Below, in pieces: positions 12,201-27,900 of a stretch of DNA of 64,000 bases. Source of the DNA: Eledone cirrhosa (Eukaryota); NCBI GenBank assembly GCA_964016885.1, contig OZ024753.1, forward strand, positions 23,250,001 to 23,314,000, written 5' to 3'. The translations under genes were made by a program, and so were the position numbers. How positions within the stretch are numbered: position 1 is the stretch's first letter; every line of letters starts with the position of its first letter. The notes beneath the pieces were generated by a model, which was not told the origin of the DNA, searched no databases, and was given only the letters and a program-made list of their open reading frames with translations.

Positions 12201-15200
12201 CTTTCATTGACAATGTCAAAACCCACTCTTTCAATGACAATGTCAAAACCTACTCTTTCAATGACAGTGAAAACCCACTCTTTCAATGACAGTCAAAACC
12301 TACTCTTTCAATGACAGCCAAACCCACTCTTTCAATGACAGTCAAAACCAACTCTTTCAATGACAATGTTAAAACCCACTCTTTCAATGACAATGTCAAA
12401 ACCTACTCTTTCAATGACAGCCAAAACCTACTCTTTCGATGACAAGGTCAAAACCCACTCTTTCAATGACAGTCAAAACCCACTCTTTCAATGACAATAA
12501 AAACCAACTCATTAAATGACAGTCAAAACCTACTCTTTCAATGAATATGTCAAAACCCACTCTTTCAATGACAGTCAAAACCCACTTTTCCAATGACAGT
12601 CAAAACCTACTCTTTCAATGACAATGTCAAAACCCATTCTTTCATTGACAGTCAAAACCCACTCTTTCAATGACAGTCAAAACCCACTCTTTCAATGACA
12701 ATGTCAAAACCCATTCTTTAATTGACAGTCAAAACCCACTCTTTCAATGACAATGTCAAAACCCACTCTTTCAATGACAATGTCAAAACCTACTCCTTCA
12801 ATGAATATGTCAAAACCCACTCTTTCAATGACAGTCAAAACCCACTTTTCCAATGACAGTCAAAACCTACTCTTTCAATGACAATGTCAAAACCCACTCT
12901 TTCAATGACAGTCAAAACCCACTCTTTCAATGACAATCAAAACCCACTCTTTAAATGACAGTCAAAACCTACTCTTTCAATGACAGCCGTAAACCTACTC
13001 TTTCAATGACAATGTCAAAACCTACTCTTTCAATGACAGTCAAAACCCACTCTTTCAATAACAGTCAAAACCCACTCTTTCAATGACCGTCAAAACACAC
13101 TCTTTCAATGACAGTCAAAAACCCACTCTTTCAATGACAGCTAACACCCACTCTTTCATTGACAATGTCAAAACCCACTCTTTCAATGACAATGTTAAAA
13201 CCTACTCTTTGAATGACAGTCAAAACCCACTCTTTCAATGACAGTCAAAACCTACTCTTTCAATGACAGCCAAACCCACTCTTTCAATGACAGTCAAAAC
13301 CAACTCTTTCAATGACAATGTTAAAACCCACTCTTTCAATGACAGTCAAAACCCACTCTTTCAATGACAATGTCAAAACCCACTCTTTCAATGACAATGT
13401 CAAAACCTACTCCTTCAATGACAGCCAAAATCTACACTTTCAATGACAATGTCAAAACCCACTCTTTCAATGACAGTCAAAACACACTCTTTCAATGACA
13501 ATCAAAACCCACTCTTTCAATGACAATGTCAAAACCCATTCTTTCAATGACAGTCAAAACCCACTCTTTCAATGTCAGGCAAAACCTACTCTTTCAATGA
13601 CAGTCAAATCCCACTCTTTCAATCACAGTGTCATAACCCACTCTTTCAATGACAGTCAAAACCCACTATTTCAATGATAATGTCAAACCTACTCTTTCAA
13701 TGAATGTCAAAACCCACTCTTTCAATGACAATGTCAAAACCTACTCTTTCAATGACAGTCAAAACCCACTCTTTCAATGACAATCAAAACCCACTCTTTC
13801 AATGAGAGGCAAAACCCACTCTTTCAATGACAATGTCAAAACCTATCTTTCAATGACAATCAAATCCCACTCTTTGAATGACAGTGTCAAAACCCACTCC
13901 TTCAATTACAGTCAAAACCCACTCTTTCAATGACAATGTCAACACCCACTATTTCAATGACGATGTCAAAACCTACTCTTTCAATGTCAGTCAAACCCAC
14001 TATTTCAATGACAGTCAAAACACACTAATTCAATGACAGTCAAAACCAACTCTTTCAATGACAATGTTAAAACCCACTCTTTCAATGACAATGTCAAAAC
14101 CTACTCTTTCAATGACAGACAAAACCTACTCTTTCAATGACAATGTCAAAACCCACTCTTTCAATGACAGTCAAAACCCACTCTTTCAATGACAATAAAA
14201 ACCCACTCTTTAAATGACAGTCAAAACCTACTCTTTTAATGAAAATGTCAAAACCCACTCTTTCAATGACAGTCAAAACCCACTTTTCCAATGACAGTCA
14301 AAACCTACTCTTTGAATGACAATGTCAAAACCCATTCTTTCAATGACAGTCAAAATCCACTCTTTCAATGACAGTCAAAACCCACTCTTTCAATGACAAT
14401 ATCAAAACCTACTCTTTCAATGACAGTCAAAACCCACTCTTTCAATGACAATTTCAAAACCCACTCTTTCAATGACAATGTCAAAACCTACTCCTTCAAT
14501 GACAGCCAAAATCTACTCTTTCAATGAGAATGTCAAAACCCACTCTTTCAATGACAGTCAAAACACACTCTTTCAATGACAATCAAAACCCACTCTTTAA
14601 ATGACAGTCAAAACCTACTCTTTCAATGACAGCCAAAACCTACTCTTTCAATGACAATGTCAAAACCCACTCTTTCAATGACAGTCAAAACCCATTCTTT
14701 CAATGACAGTCAAAACCCACTCTTTCAATGTCAGGCAAAACCTACTCTTTCAATGACAGTCAAATCCCACTCTTTCAATCACAGTGTCATAACCCACTCT
14801 TTCAATGACAGTCAACACCCACTATTTCAATGATAATGTCAAACCTACTCTTTCAATGAATGTCAAAACCGACTCTTTCAATGACAATGTCAAAACCTAC
14901 TCTTTCAATGACAGTCAAAACCCACTCTTTCAATGACAATCAAAACCCACTCTTTCAATGAGAGGCAAACCCACTCTTTCAATGACAATGTCAAAACCTA
15001 TCTTTCAATGACAATCAAATCCCACTCTTTGAATGACAGTGTCAAAACCCACTCTTTCAATTACAGTCAAAACCCACTCTTTCAATGACAATGTCAAAAC
15101 CTACTCTTTCAATGTCAGTCAAACCCACTATTTCAATGACAGTCAAAACACACTAATTCAATGACAGTCAAAACCCACTCTTTCAATGACAGTCAAAAAC

Positions 15201-17945
15201 TCACTCTTTCAATGACAGCTAACACCCACTCTTTCATTGACAATGTCAAAACCCACTCTTTCAATGACAATGTCAAAACCCACTCTTTCAATGACAGTCA
15301 AAACCCACTTTTTCAATGACAGTCAAAACCCACTCTTTCAATGACAGTCAAAACCTACTCTTTCAATGACAGCCAAACCCACTCTTTCAATGACAGTCAA
15401 AACCCACTCTTTCAATGACAATGTCAAAACCTACTCTTTCAATGACAATGTCAAAACCCACTCTTTCAATGATAGTCAAAACCCACTCTTTCAATGACAA
15501 TAAAAACCCACTCTTTAAATGACAGTCAAAACCTACTCTTTCAATGACAGTCAAAACCTACTCTTTCAATGACAATGTCAAAACCCACTCTTTCAATGAC
15601 AGTCAAAACCCACTTTTCCAATGACAGTCAAAATCTACTCTTTCAATGACAATGTCAAAACCCATTCTTTCAATGACAGTCAAAACCCACACTTTCAATG
15701 ACAGTCAAAACCCACTCTTTCAATGACAATGTCAAAACCCACTCTTTCAATGACAGTCAAAACCCACTCTTTCAATGACAGTGTCAAAACCCACTCTTTC
15801 AATGACAATGTCAAAACCTACTCCTTCAATGACAGCCAAAATCTACTCTTTCAATGACAGTGTCAAAACCCACTCTTTCAATGACAGTCAAAACACAATC
15901 TTTCAATGAGAATCAAAACCCACTCTTTAAATGACAGTCAAAACCTACTCTTTCAATGACAGCCAAAACCTACTCTTTCAATGACAATGTCAAAACCCAC
16001 TCTTTCAATGACAGTCAAAACCCACTCTTCCAATGACAGTCAAAACCTATTCTTTCAATGACAGTCAAAACCCACTCTTTCAATGTCAGGCAAAACCTAC
16101 TCTTTCAATGACAGTCAAATCCAACTCTTTCAATGACAGTGTCATAAGCCACTCTTTCAATGACAGTCAAAACCCACTATTTCAATGATAATGTCAAACC
16201 TACTCTTTCAATGAATGTCAAAACCCACTCTTTCAATGACAATGTCAAAACCTATCTTTCAATGACAGTCAAATCCCACTCTTTGAATGACAGTGTCAAA
16301 ACCCACTCTTTCAATTACAGTCAAAACCCACTCTTTCAATGACAATGTCAACACCCACTATTTCAATGACAATGTCAAAACCTACTCTTTCAATGTCAGT
16401 CAAAACACACTCTTTCAATGACAGTCAAAACCCACTCTTTCAATGACATCAAAAACCCACTCTTTCAATGACAGCTAACACCCACTCTTTCATTGACAAT
16501 GTCAAAACCCACTCTTTCAATGACAATGTCAAAACCTACTCTTTCAATGACAGTGAAAACCCACTCTTTCAATGACAGTCAAAACCTACTCTTTCAATGA
16601 CAGCCAAACCCACTCTTTCAATGACAGTCAAAACCAACTCTTTCAATGACAATGTTAAAACCCACTCTTTCAATGACAATGTCAAAACCTACTCTTTCAA
16701 TGACAGCCAAAACCTACTCTTTCGATGACAAGGTCAAAACCCACTCTTTCAATGACAGTCAAAACCCACTCTTTCAATGACAATAAAAACCAACTCATTA
16801 AATGACAGTCAAAACCTACTCTTTCAATGAATATGTCAAAACCCACTCTTTCAATGACAGTCAAAACCCACTTTTCCAATGACAGTCAAAACCTACTCTT
16901 TCAATGACAATGTCAAAACCCATTCTTTCATTGACAGTCAAAACCCACTCTTTCAATGACAGTCAAAACCCACTCTTTCAATGACAAGGTCAAAACCCAT
17001 TCTTTAATTGACAGTCAAAACCCACTCTTTCAATGACAATGTCAAAACCCACTCTTTCAATGACATTGTCAAAACCTACTCCTTCAATGAATATGTCAAA
17101 ACCCACTCTTTCAATGACAGTCAAAACCCACTTTTCCAATGACAGTCAAAACCTACTCTTTCAATGACAATGTCAAAACCCACTCTTTCAATGACAGTCA
17201 AAACCCACTCTTTCAATGACAATCAAAACCCACTCTTTAAATGACAGTCAAAACCTACTCTTTCAATGACAGCCGTAAACCTACTCTTTCAATGACAATG
17301 TCAAAACCTACTCTTTCAATGACAGTCAAAACCCACTCTTTCAATAACAGTCAAAACCCACTCTTTCAATGACCGTCAAAACACACTCTTTCAATGACAG
17401 TCAAAAACCCACTCTTTCAATGACAGCTAACACCCACTCTTTCATTGACAATGTCAAAACCCACTCTTTCAATGACAATGTTAAAACCTACTCTTTGAAT
17501 GACAGTCAAAACCCACTCTTTCAATGACAGTCAAAACCTACTCTTTCAATGACAGCCAAACCCACTCTTTCAATGACAGTCAAAACCAACTCTTTCAATG
17601 ACAATGTTAAAACCCACTCTTTCAATGACAGTCAAAACCCACTCTTTCAATGACAATGTCAAAACCCACTCTTTCAATGACAATGTCAAAACCTACCCCT
17701 TCAATGACAGCCAAAATCTACACTTTCAATGACAATGTCAAAACCCACTCTTTCAATGACAGTCAAAACACACTCTTTCAATGACAATCAAAACCCACTC
17801 TTTCAATGACAATGTCAAAACCCATTCTTTCAATGACAGTCAAAACCCACTCTTTCAATGTCAGGCAAAACCTACTCTTTCAATGACAGTCAAATCCCAC
17901 TCTTTCAATCACAGTGTCATAACCCACTCTTTCAATGACAGTCAA
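6290..17945 (+). repeat. Higher-order domain A: three related copies with 3309-bp and 4263/4286-bp periods
   Basis: Identical artefactual ORFs at 6537/9846/14109, 7079/10388/14651, 12411/16697 and 13495/17781. Private markers gtcataagccac (~8546, 11855, 16141) and gacatcaaaaa (~8849, 12159, 16445). Confidence 0.9.
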
Positions 17946-20900
17946 AAACTACTCTTTCAATGACAGCCAAACCCACTCTTTCAATGACAGTCAAAACCCG
18001 CTCTTTCAATGACAATGTTAAAACCCACTCTTTCAATGACAATGTCAAAACCTACTCTTTCAATGACAATGTCAAAACCCACTCTTTCAATGATAGTCAA
18101 AACCCACTCTTTCAATGACAATAAAAACCCACTCTTTAAATGACAGTCAAAACCTACTCTTTCAATGACAGTCAAAACCTACTCTTTCAATGACAATGTC
18201 AAAACCCACTTTTCCAATGACAGTCAAAACCTACTCTTTCAATGACAATGTCAAAACCCATTCTTTCAATGACAGTCAAAACCCACTCTTTCAATGACAG
18301 TCAATACCCACTCTTTCAATGACAATGTCAAAACCCACTCTTTCAATGACAGTCAAAACCCACTCTTTCAATGACAGTGTCAAAACCCACTCTTTCAATG
18401 ACAATGTCAAAACCTACTCCTTCAATGACAGCCAAAATCTACTCTTTCAATGACAGTGTCAAAACCCACTCTTTCAATGACAGTCAAAACACAATCTTTC
18501 AATGAGAATCAAAACCCACTCTTTAAATGACAGTCAAAACCTACTCTTTCAATGCCAATGTCAAAACCCATTCTTTCAATGACAGTCAAAACCCACTCTT
18601 TCAATGACAGTCAAAACCCACTCTTTCAATGACAATGTCAAACCCCACTCTTTCAATGACAGTCAAAACCCACTTTTTCAATGACAGTGTCAAAACCCAC
18701 TCTTTCAATGACAATGTCAAAATCTACTCCTTCAATGAATGTCAAAACCCACACTTTCAATGACAATGTCAAAACCTACTCTTTCAATGACAGTCAAAAT
18801 CCACTCTTTCAATGACAATCAAAACCCACTCTTTAATTGACAGTCAAAACCCACTCTTTCAATGACAATATCAAAACCCACTCTTTCAATGACAATGTCA
18901 AAACCTACTCCTTCAATGAATATGTCAAAACCCACTCTTTCAATGACAGTCAAAACCCACTTTTCCAATGACAGTCAAAACCTACTCTTTCAATGACAAT
19001 GTCAAAACCCACTCTTTCAATGACAGTCAAAACCCACTCTTTCAATGACAATCAAAACCCTCTCTTTAAATGACAGTCAAAACCTACTCTTTCAATGACA
19101 GCCAAAACCTACTCTTTCAATGACAATGTCAAAACCTACTCTTTCAATGACAGTCAAAACCCACTCTTTCAATGACAGTCAAAACCCACTCTTTCAATGA
19201 CCGTCAAAACACACTCTTTCAATGACAGTCAAAAACCCACTCTTTCAATGACAGCTAACACCCACTCTTTCATTGACAATGTCAAAACCCACTCTTTCAA
19301 TGACAATGTTAAAACCTACTCTTTCAATGACAGCCAAACCCACTCTTTCAATGACAGTCAAAACCAACTCTTTCAATGACAATGTTAAAACCCACTCTTT
19401 CAATGACAGTCAAAACCCACTCTTTCAATGACAATGTCAAAACCCACTCTTTCAATGACAATGTCAAAACCTACTCCTTCAATGACAGCCAAAATCTACA
19501 CTTTCAATGACAATGTCAAAACCCACTCTTTCAATGACAGTCAAAACACACTCTTTCAATGACAATCAAAACCCACTCTTTCAATGACAATGTCAAAACC
19601 CACTCTTTCAATGACAGTCAAAACCCACTCTTTCAATGACAATGTCAAAACCCACTCTTTCAATGACAATGTCAACACCCACTATTTCAATGACGATGTC
19701 AAAACCTACTCTTTCAATGTCAGTCAAACCCACTATTTCAATGACAGTCAAAACACACTAATTCAATGACAGTCAAAAACTACTCTTTCAATGACAGCCA
19801 AACCCACTCTTTCAATGACAGTCAAAAACTACTCTTTCAATGACAGCCAAACCCACTCTTTCAATGACAGTCAAAACCCGCTCTTTCAATGACAATGTTA
19901 AAACCCACTCTTTCAATGACAATGTCAAAACCTACTCTTTCAATGACAATGTCAAAACCCACTCTTTCAATGATAGTCAAAACCCACTCTTTCAATGACA
20001 ATAAAAACCCACTCTTTAAATGACAGTCAAAACCTACTCTTTCAATGACAGTCAAAACCTACTCTTTCAATGACAATGTCAAAACCCACTTTTCCAATGA
20101 CAGTCAAAACCTACTCTTTCAATGACAATGTCAAAACCCATTCTTTCAATGACAGTCAAAACCCACTCTTTCAATGACAGTCAATACCCACTCTTTCAAT
20201 GACAATGTCAAAACCCACTCTTTCAATGACAGTCAAAACCCACTCTTTCAATGACAGTGTCAAAACCCACTCTTTCAATGACAATGTCAAAACCTACTCC
20301 TTCAATGACAGCCAAAATCTACTCTTTCAATGACAGTGTCAAAACCCACTCTTTCAATGACAGTCAAAACCTACTCTTTCAATGACAGCCGTAAACCTAC
20401 TCTTTCAATGACAATGTCAAAACCTACTCTTTCAATGACAGTCAAAACCCACTCTTTCAATAACAGTCAAAACCCACTCTTTCAATGACCGTCAAAACAC
20501 ACTCTTTCAATGACAGTCAAAAACCCACTCTTTCAATGACAGCTAACACCCACTCTTTCATTGACAATGTCAAAACCCACTCTTTCAATGACAATGTTAA
20601 AACCTACTCTTTGAATGACAGTCAAAACCCACTCTTTCAATGACAGTCAAAACCTACTCTTTCAATGACAGCCAAACCCACTCTTTCAATGACAGTCAAA
20701 ACCAACTCTTTCAATGACAATGTTAAAACCCACTCTTTCAATGACAGTCAAAACCCACTCTTTCAATGACAATGTCAAAACCCACTCTTTCAATGACAAT
20801 GTCAAAACCTACTCCTTCAATGACAGCCAAAATCTACACTTTCAATGACAATGTCAAAACCCACTCTTTCAATGACAGTCAAAACACACTCTTTCAATGA

Positions 20901-23900
20901 CAATCAAAACCCACTCTTTCAATGACAATGTCAAAACCCATTCTTTCAATGACAGTCAAAACCCACTCTTTCAATGTCAGGCAAAACCTACTCTTTCAAT
21001 GACAGTCAAATCCCACTCTTTCAATCACAGTGTCATAACCCACTCTTTCAATGACAGTCAAAACCCACTATTTCAATGATAATGTCAAACCTACTCTTTC
21101 AATGAATGTCAAAACCCACTCTTTCAATGACAATGTCAAAACCTACTCTTTCAATGACAGTCAAAACCCACTCTTTCAATGACAATCAAAACCCACTCTT
21201 TCAATGAGAGGCAAAACCCACTCTTTCAATGACAATGTCAAAACCTATCTTTCAATGACAATCAAATCCCACTCTTTGAATGACAGTGTCAAAACCCACT
21301 CCTTCAATTACAGTCAAAACCCACTCTTTCAATGACAATGTCAACACCCACTATTTCAATGACGATGTCAAAACCTACTCTTTCAATGTCAGTCAAACCC
21401 ACTATTTCAATGACAGTCAAAACACACTAATTCAATGACAGTCAAAAACTACTCTTTCAATGACAGCCAAACCCACTCTTTCAATGACAGTCAAAACCCG
21501 CTCTTTCAATGACAATGTTAAAACCCACTCTTTCAATGACAATGTCAAAACCTACTCTTTCAATGACAATGTCAAAACCCACTCTTTCAATGATAGTCAA
21601 AACCCACTCTTTCAATGACAATAAAAACCCACTCTTTAAATGACAGTCAAAACCTACTCTTTCAATGACAGTCAAAACCTACTCTTTCAATGACAATGTC
21701 AAAACCCACTTTTCCAATGACAGTCAAAACCTACTCTTTCAATGACAATGTCAAAACCCATTCTTTCAATGACAGTCAAAACCCACTCTTTCAATGACAG
21801 TCAATACCCACTCTTTCAATGACAATGTCAAAACCCACTCTTTCAATGACAGTCAAAACCCACTCTTTCAATGACAGTGTCAAAACCCACTCTTTCAATG
21901 ACAATGTCAAAACCTACTCCTTCAATGACAGCCAAAATCTACTCTTTCAATGACAGTGTCAAAACCCACTCTTTCAATGACAGTCAAAACACAATCTTTC
22001 AATGAGAATCAAAACCCACTCTTTAAATGACAGTCAAAACCTACTCTTTCAATGCCAATGTCAAAACCCATTCTTTCAATGACAGTCAAAACCCACTCTT
22101 TCAATGACAGTCAAAACCCACTCTTTCAATGACAATGTCAAACCCCACTCTTTCAATGACAGTCAAAACCCACTTTTTCAATGACAGTGTCAAAACCCAC
22201 TCTTTCAATGACAATGTCAAAATCTACTCCTTCAATGAATGTCAAAACCCACACTTTCAATGACAATGTCAAAACCTACTCTTTCAATGACAGTCAAAAT
22301 CCACTCTTTCAATGACAATCAAAACCCACTCTTTAATTGACAGTCAAAACCCACTCTTTCAATGACAATATCAAAACCCACTCTTTCAATGACAATGTCA
22401 AAACCTACTCCTTCAATGAATATGTCAAAACCCACTCTTTCAATGACAGTCAAAACCCACTTTTCCAATGACAGTCAAAACCTACTCTTTCAATGACAAT
22501 GTCAAAACCCACTCTTTCAATGACAGTCAAAACCCACTCTTTCAATGACAATCAAAACCCTCTCTTTAAATGACAGTCAAAACCTACTCTTTCAATGACA
22601 GCCAAAACCTACTCTTTCAATGACAATGTCAAAACCTACTCTTTCAATGACAGTCAAAACCCACTCTTTCAATGACAGTCAAAACCCACTCTTTCAATGA
22701 CCGTCAAAACACACTCTTTCAATGACAGTCAAAAACCCACTCTTTCAATGACAGCTAACACCCACTCTTTCATTGACAATGTCAAAACCCACTCTTTCAA
22801 TGACAATGTTAAAACCTACTCTTTCAATGACAGCCAAACCCACTCTTTCAATGACAGTCAAAACCAACTCTTTCAATGACAATGTTAAAACCCACTCTTT
22901 CAATGACAGTCAAAACCCACTCTTTCAATGACAATGTCAAAACCCACTCTTTCAATGACAATGTCAAAACCTACTCCTTCAATGACAGCCAAAATCTACA
23001 CTTTCAATGACAATGTCAAAACCCACTCTTTCAATGACAGTCAAAACACACTCTTTCAATGACAATCAAAACCCACTCTTTCAATGACAATGTCAAAACC
23101 CACTCTTTCAATGACAGTCAAAACCCACTCTTTCAATGACAATGTCAAAACCCACTCTTTCAATGACAATGTCAACACCCACTATTTCAATGACGATGTC
23201 AAAACCTACTCTTTCAATGTCAGTCAAACCCACTATTTCAATGACAGTCAAAACACACTAATTCAATGACAGTCAAAAACTACTCTTTCAATGACAGCCA
23301 AACCCACTCTTTCAATGACAGTCAAAAACTACTCTTTCAATGACAGCCAAACCCACTCTTTCAATGACAGTCAAAACCCGCTCTTTCAATGACAATGTTA
23401 AAACCCACTCTTTCAATGACAATGTCAAAACCTACTCTTTCAATGACAATGTCAAAACCCACTCTTTCAATGATAGTCAAAACCCACTCTTTCAATGACA
23501 ATAAAAACCCACTCTTTAAATGACAGTCAAAACCTACTCTTTCAATGACAGTCAAAACCTACTCTTTCAATGACAATGTCAAAACCCACTTTTCCAATGA
23601 CAGTCAAAACCTACTCTTTCAATGACAATGTCAAAACCCATTCTTTCAATGACAGTCAAAACCCACTCTTTCAATGACAGTCAATACCCACTCTTTCAAT
23701 GACAATGTCAAAACCCACTCTTTCAATGACAGTCAAAACCCACTCTTTCAATGACAGTGTCAAAACCCACTCTTTCAATGACAATGTCAAAACCTACTCC
23801 TTCAATGACAGCCAAAATCTACTCTTTCAATGACAGTGTCAAAACCCACTCTTTCAATGACAGTCAAAACACAATCTTTCAATGAGAATCAAAACCCACT

Positions 23901-24990
23901 CTTTAAATGACAGTCAAAACCTACTCTTTCAATGCCAATGTCAAAACCCATTCTTTCAATGACAGTCAAAACCCACTCTTTCAATGACAGTCAAAACCCA
24001 CTCTTTCAATGACAATGTCAAACCCCACTCTTTCAATGACAGTCAAAACCCACTTTTTCAATGACAGTGTCAAAACCCACTCTTTCAATGACAATGTCAA
24101 AATCTACTCCTTCAATGAATGTCAAAACCCACACTTTCAATGACAATGTCAAAACCTACTCTTTCAATGACAGTCAAAATCCACTCTTTCAATGACAATC
24201 AAAACCCACTCTTTAATTGACAGTCAAAACCCACTCTTTCAATGACAATATCAAAACCCACTCTTTCAATGACAATGTCAAAACCTACTCCTTCAATGAA
24301 TATGTCAAAACCCACTCTTTCAATGACAGTCAAAACCCACTTTTCCAATGACAGTCAAAACCTACTCTTTCAATGACAATGTCAAAACCCACTCTTTCAA
24401 TGACAGTCAAAACCCACTCTTTCAATGACAATCAAAACCCTCTCTTTAAATGACAGTCAAAACCTACTCTTTCAATGACAGCCAAAACCTACTCTTTCAA
24501 TGACAATGTCAAAACCTACTCTTTCAATGACAGTCAAAACCCACTCTTTCAATGACAGTCAAAACCCACTCTTTCAATGACCGTCAAAACACACTCTTTC
24601 AATGACAGTCAAAAACCCACTCTTTCAATGACAGCTAACACCCACTCTTTCATTGACAATGTCAAAACCCACTCTTTCAATGACAATGTTAAAACCTACT
24701 CTTTCAATGACAGCCAAACCCACTCTTTCAATGACAGTCAAAACCAACTCTTTCAATGACAATGTTAAAACCCACTCTTTCAATGACAGTCAAAACCCAC
24801 TCTTTCAATGACAATGTCAAAACCCACTCTTTCAATGACAATGTCAAAACCTACTCCTTCAATGACAGCCAAAATCTACACTTTCAATGACAATGTCAAA
24901 ACCCACTCTTTCAATGACAGTCAAAACACACTCTTTCAATGACAATCAAAACCCACTCTTTCAATGACAATGTCAAAACCCACTCTTTCA
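17941..24990 (+). repeat. Higher-order domain B: 1880-bp unit in about 3.3 copies, interrupted once (3500-bp super-period)
   Basis: Unit start gtcaaaaactac...aaaacccgctc at 17941, 19821, 21441 and 23321. Markers tcaataccc (18301, 20181, 21801, 23681) and aatgccaatg (18551, 22051, 23931). Confidence 0.92.
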
Positions 24991-27900
24991 ATGACAGTCA
25001 AAACCCACTCTTCCAATGACAGTCAAAACCTACTCTTTCAATGACAGTCAAAACCCATTCTTTCAATGACAGTCAAAACCCACTCTTTCAATGTCAGGCA
25101 AAACCTACTCTTTCAATGACAGTCAAATCCCACTCTTTCAATCACAGTGTCATAACCCACTCTTTCAATGACAGTCAAAACCCACTATTTCAATGATAAT
25201 GTCAAACCTACTCTTTCAATGAATGTCAAAACCCACTCTTTCAATGACAATGTCAAAACCTACTCTTTCAATGACAGTCAAAACCCACTCTTTCAATGAC
25301 AATCAAAACCCACTCTTTCAATGAGAGGCAAAACCTACTCTTTCAATGAATATGTCAAAACCCACTCTTTCAATGACAGTCAAAACCCACTTTTCCAATG
25401 ACAGTCAAAACCTACTCTTTCAATGACAATGTCAAAACCCATTCTTTCATTGACAGTCAAAACCCACTCTTTCAATGACAGTCAAAACCCACTCTTTCAA
25501 TGACAATGTCAAAACCCATTCTTTAATTGACAGTCAAAACCCACTCTTTCAATGACAATGTCAAAACCCACTCTTTCAATGACAATGTCAAAACCTACTC
25601 CTTCAATGAATATGTCAAAACCCACTCTTTCAATGACAGTCAAAACCCACTTTTCCAATGACAGTCAAAACCTACTCTTTCAATGACAATGTCAAAACCC
25701 ACTCTTTCAATGACAGTCAAAACCCACTCTTTCAATGACAATCAAAACCCACTCTTTAAATGACAGTCAAAACCTACTCTTTCAATGACAGCCAAAACCT
25801 ACTCTTTCAATGACAATGTCAAAACCTACTCTTTCAATGACAGTCAAAACCCACTCTTTCAATAACAGTCAAAACCCACTCTTTCAATGACCGTCAAAAC
25901 ACACTCTTTCAATGACAGTCAAAAACCCACTCTTTCAATGACAGCTAACACCCACTCTTTCATTGACAATGTCAAAACCCACTCTTTCAATGACAATGTT
26001 AAAACCTACTCTTTGAATGACAGTCAAAACCCACTCTTTCAATGACAGTCAAAACCTACTCTTTCAATGACAGCCAAACCCACTCTTTCAATGACAGTCA
26101 AAACCAACTCTTTCAATGACAATGTTAAAACCCACTCTTTCAATGACAGTCAAAACCCACTCTTTCAATGACAATGTCAAAACCCACTCTTTCAATGACA
26201 ATGTCAAAACCTACTCCTTCAATGACAGCCAAAATCTACACTTTCAATGACAATGTCAAAACCCACTCTTTCAATGACAGTCAAAACACACTCTTTCAAT
26301 GACAATCAAAACCCACTCTTTCAATGACAATGTCAAAACCCATTCTTTCAATGACAGTCAAAACCCACTCTTTCAATGTCAGGCAAAACCTACTCTTTCA
26401 ATGACAGTCAAATCCCACTCTTTCAATCACAGTGTCATAACCCACTCTTTCAATGACAGTCAAAACCCACTATTTCAATGATAATGTCAAACCTACTCTT
26501 TCAATGAATGTCAAAACCCACTCTTTCAATGACAATGTCAAAACCTACTCTTTCAATGACAGTCAAAACCCACTCTTTCAATGACAATCAAAACCCACTC
26601 TTTCAATGAGAGGCAAAACCCACTCTTTCAATGACAATGTCAAAACCTATCTTTCAATGACAATCAAATCCCACTCTTTGAATGACAGTGTCAAAACCCA
26701 CTCTTTCAATTACAGTCAAAACCCACTCTTTCAATGACAATGTCAACACCCACTATTTCAATGACAATGTCAAAACCTACTCTTTCAATGTCAGTCAAAC
26801 CCACTATTTCAATGACAGTCAAAACACACTAATTCAATGACAGTCAAAACCCGCTCTTTCAATGACAGTCAAAAACCCACTCTTTCAATGACAGCTAACA
26901 CCCACTCTTTCATTGACAATGTCAAAACCCACTCTTTCAATGACAATGTCAAAAGCTACCCCTTTCAATGACAGTCAAAACCCACTCTTTCAATGACAGT
27001 CAAAAACTACTCTTTCAATGACAGCCAAACCCACTCTTTCAATGACAGTCAAAACCCACTCTTTCAATGACAATGTTAAAACCCACTCTTTCAATGACAA
27101 TGTCAAAACCTACTCTTTCAATGACAATGTCAAAACCCACTCTTTCAATGATAGTCAAAACCCACTCTTTCAATGACAATAAAAACCCACTCTTTAAACG
27201 ACAGTCAAAACCTACTCTTTCAATGACAGTCAAAACCTACTCTTTCAATGACAATGTCAAAACCCACTTTTCCAATGACAGTCAAAACCTACTCTTTCAA
27301 TGACAATATCAAAACCCATTCTTTCAATGACAGTCAAAACCCACTCTTTCAATGACAGTCAAAACCCACTCTTTCAATGACAATGTCAAAACCCACTCTT
27401 TCAATGACAGTCAAAACCCACTCTTTCAATGACAGTGTCAAAACCCACTCTTTCAATGACAATGTCAAAACCTACTCCTTCAATGACAGCCAAAATCTAC
27501 TCTTTCAATGACAGTGTCAAAACCCACTCTTTCAATGACAGTCAAAACACAATCTTTCAATGAGAATCAAAACCCACTCTTTAAATGACAGTCAAAACCT
27601 ACTCTTTCAATGACAATGTCAAAACCCATTCTTTCAATGACAGTCAAAACCCACTCTTTCAATGACAGTCAAAACCCACTCTTTCAATGACAATGTCAAA
27701 CCCCACTCTTTCAATGACAGTCAAAACCCACTCTTTCAATGACAGTGTCAAAACCCACTCTTTCAATGACAATGTCAAAATCTACTCCTTCAATGAATGT
27801 CAAAACCCACACTTTCAATGACAATGTCAAAACCTACTCTTTCAATGACAGTCAAAATCCACTCTTTCAATGACAATCAAAACCCACTCTTTAATTGACA

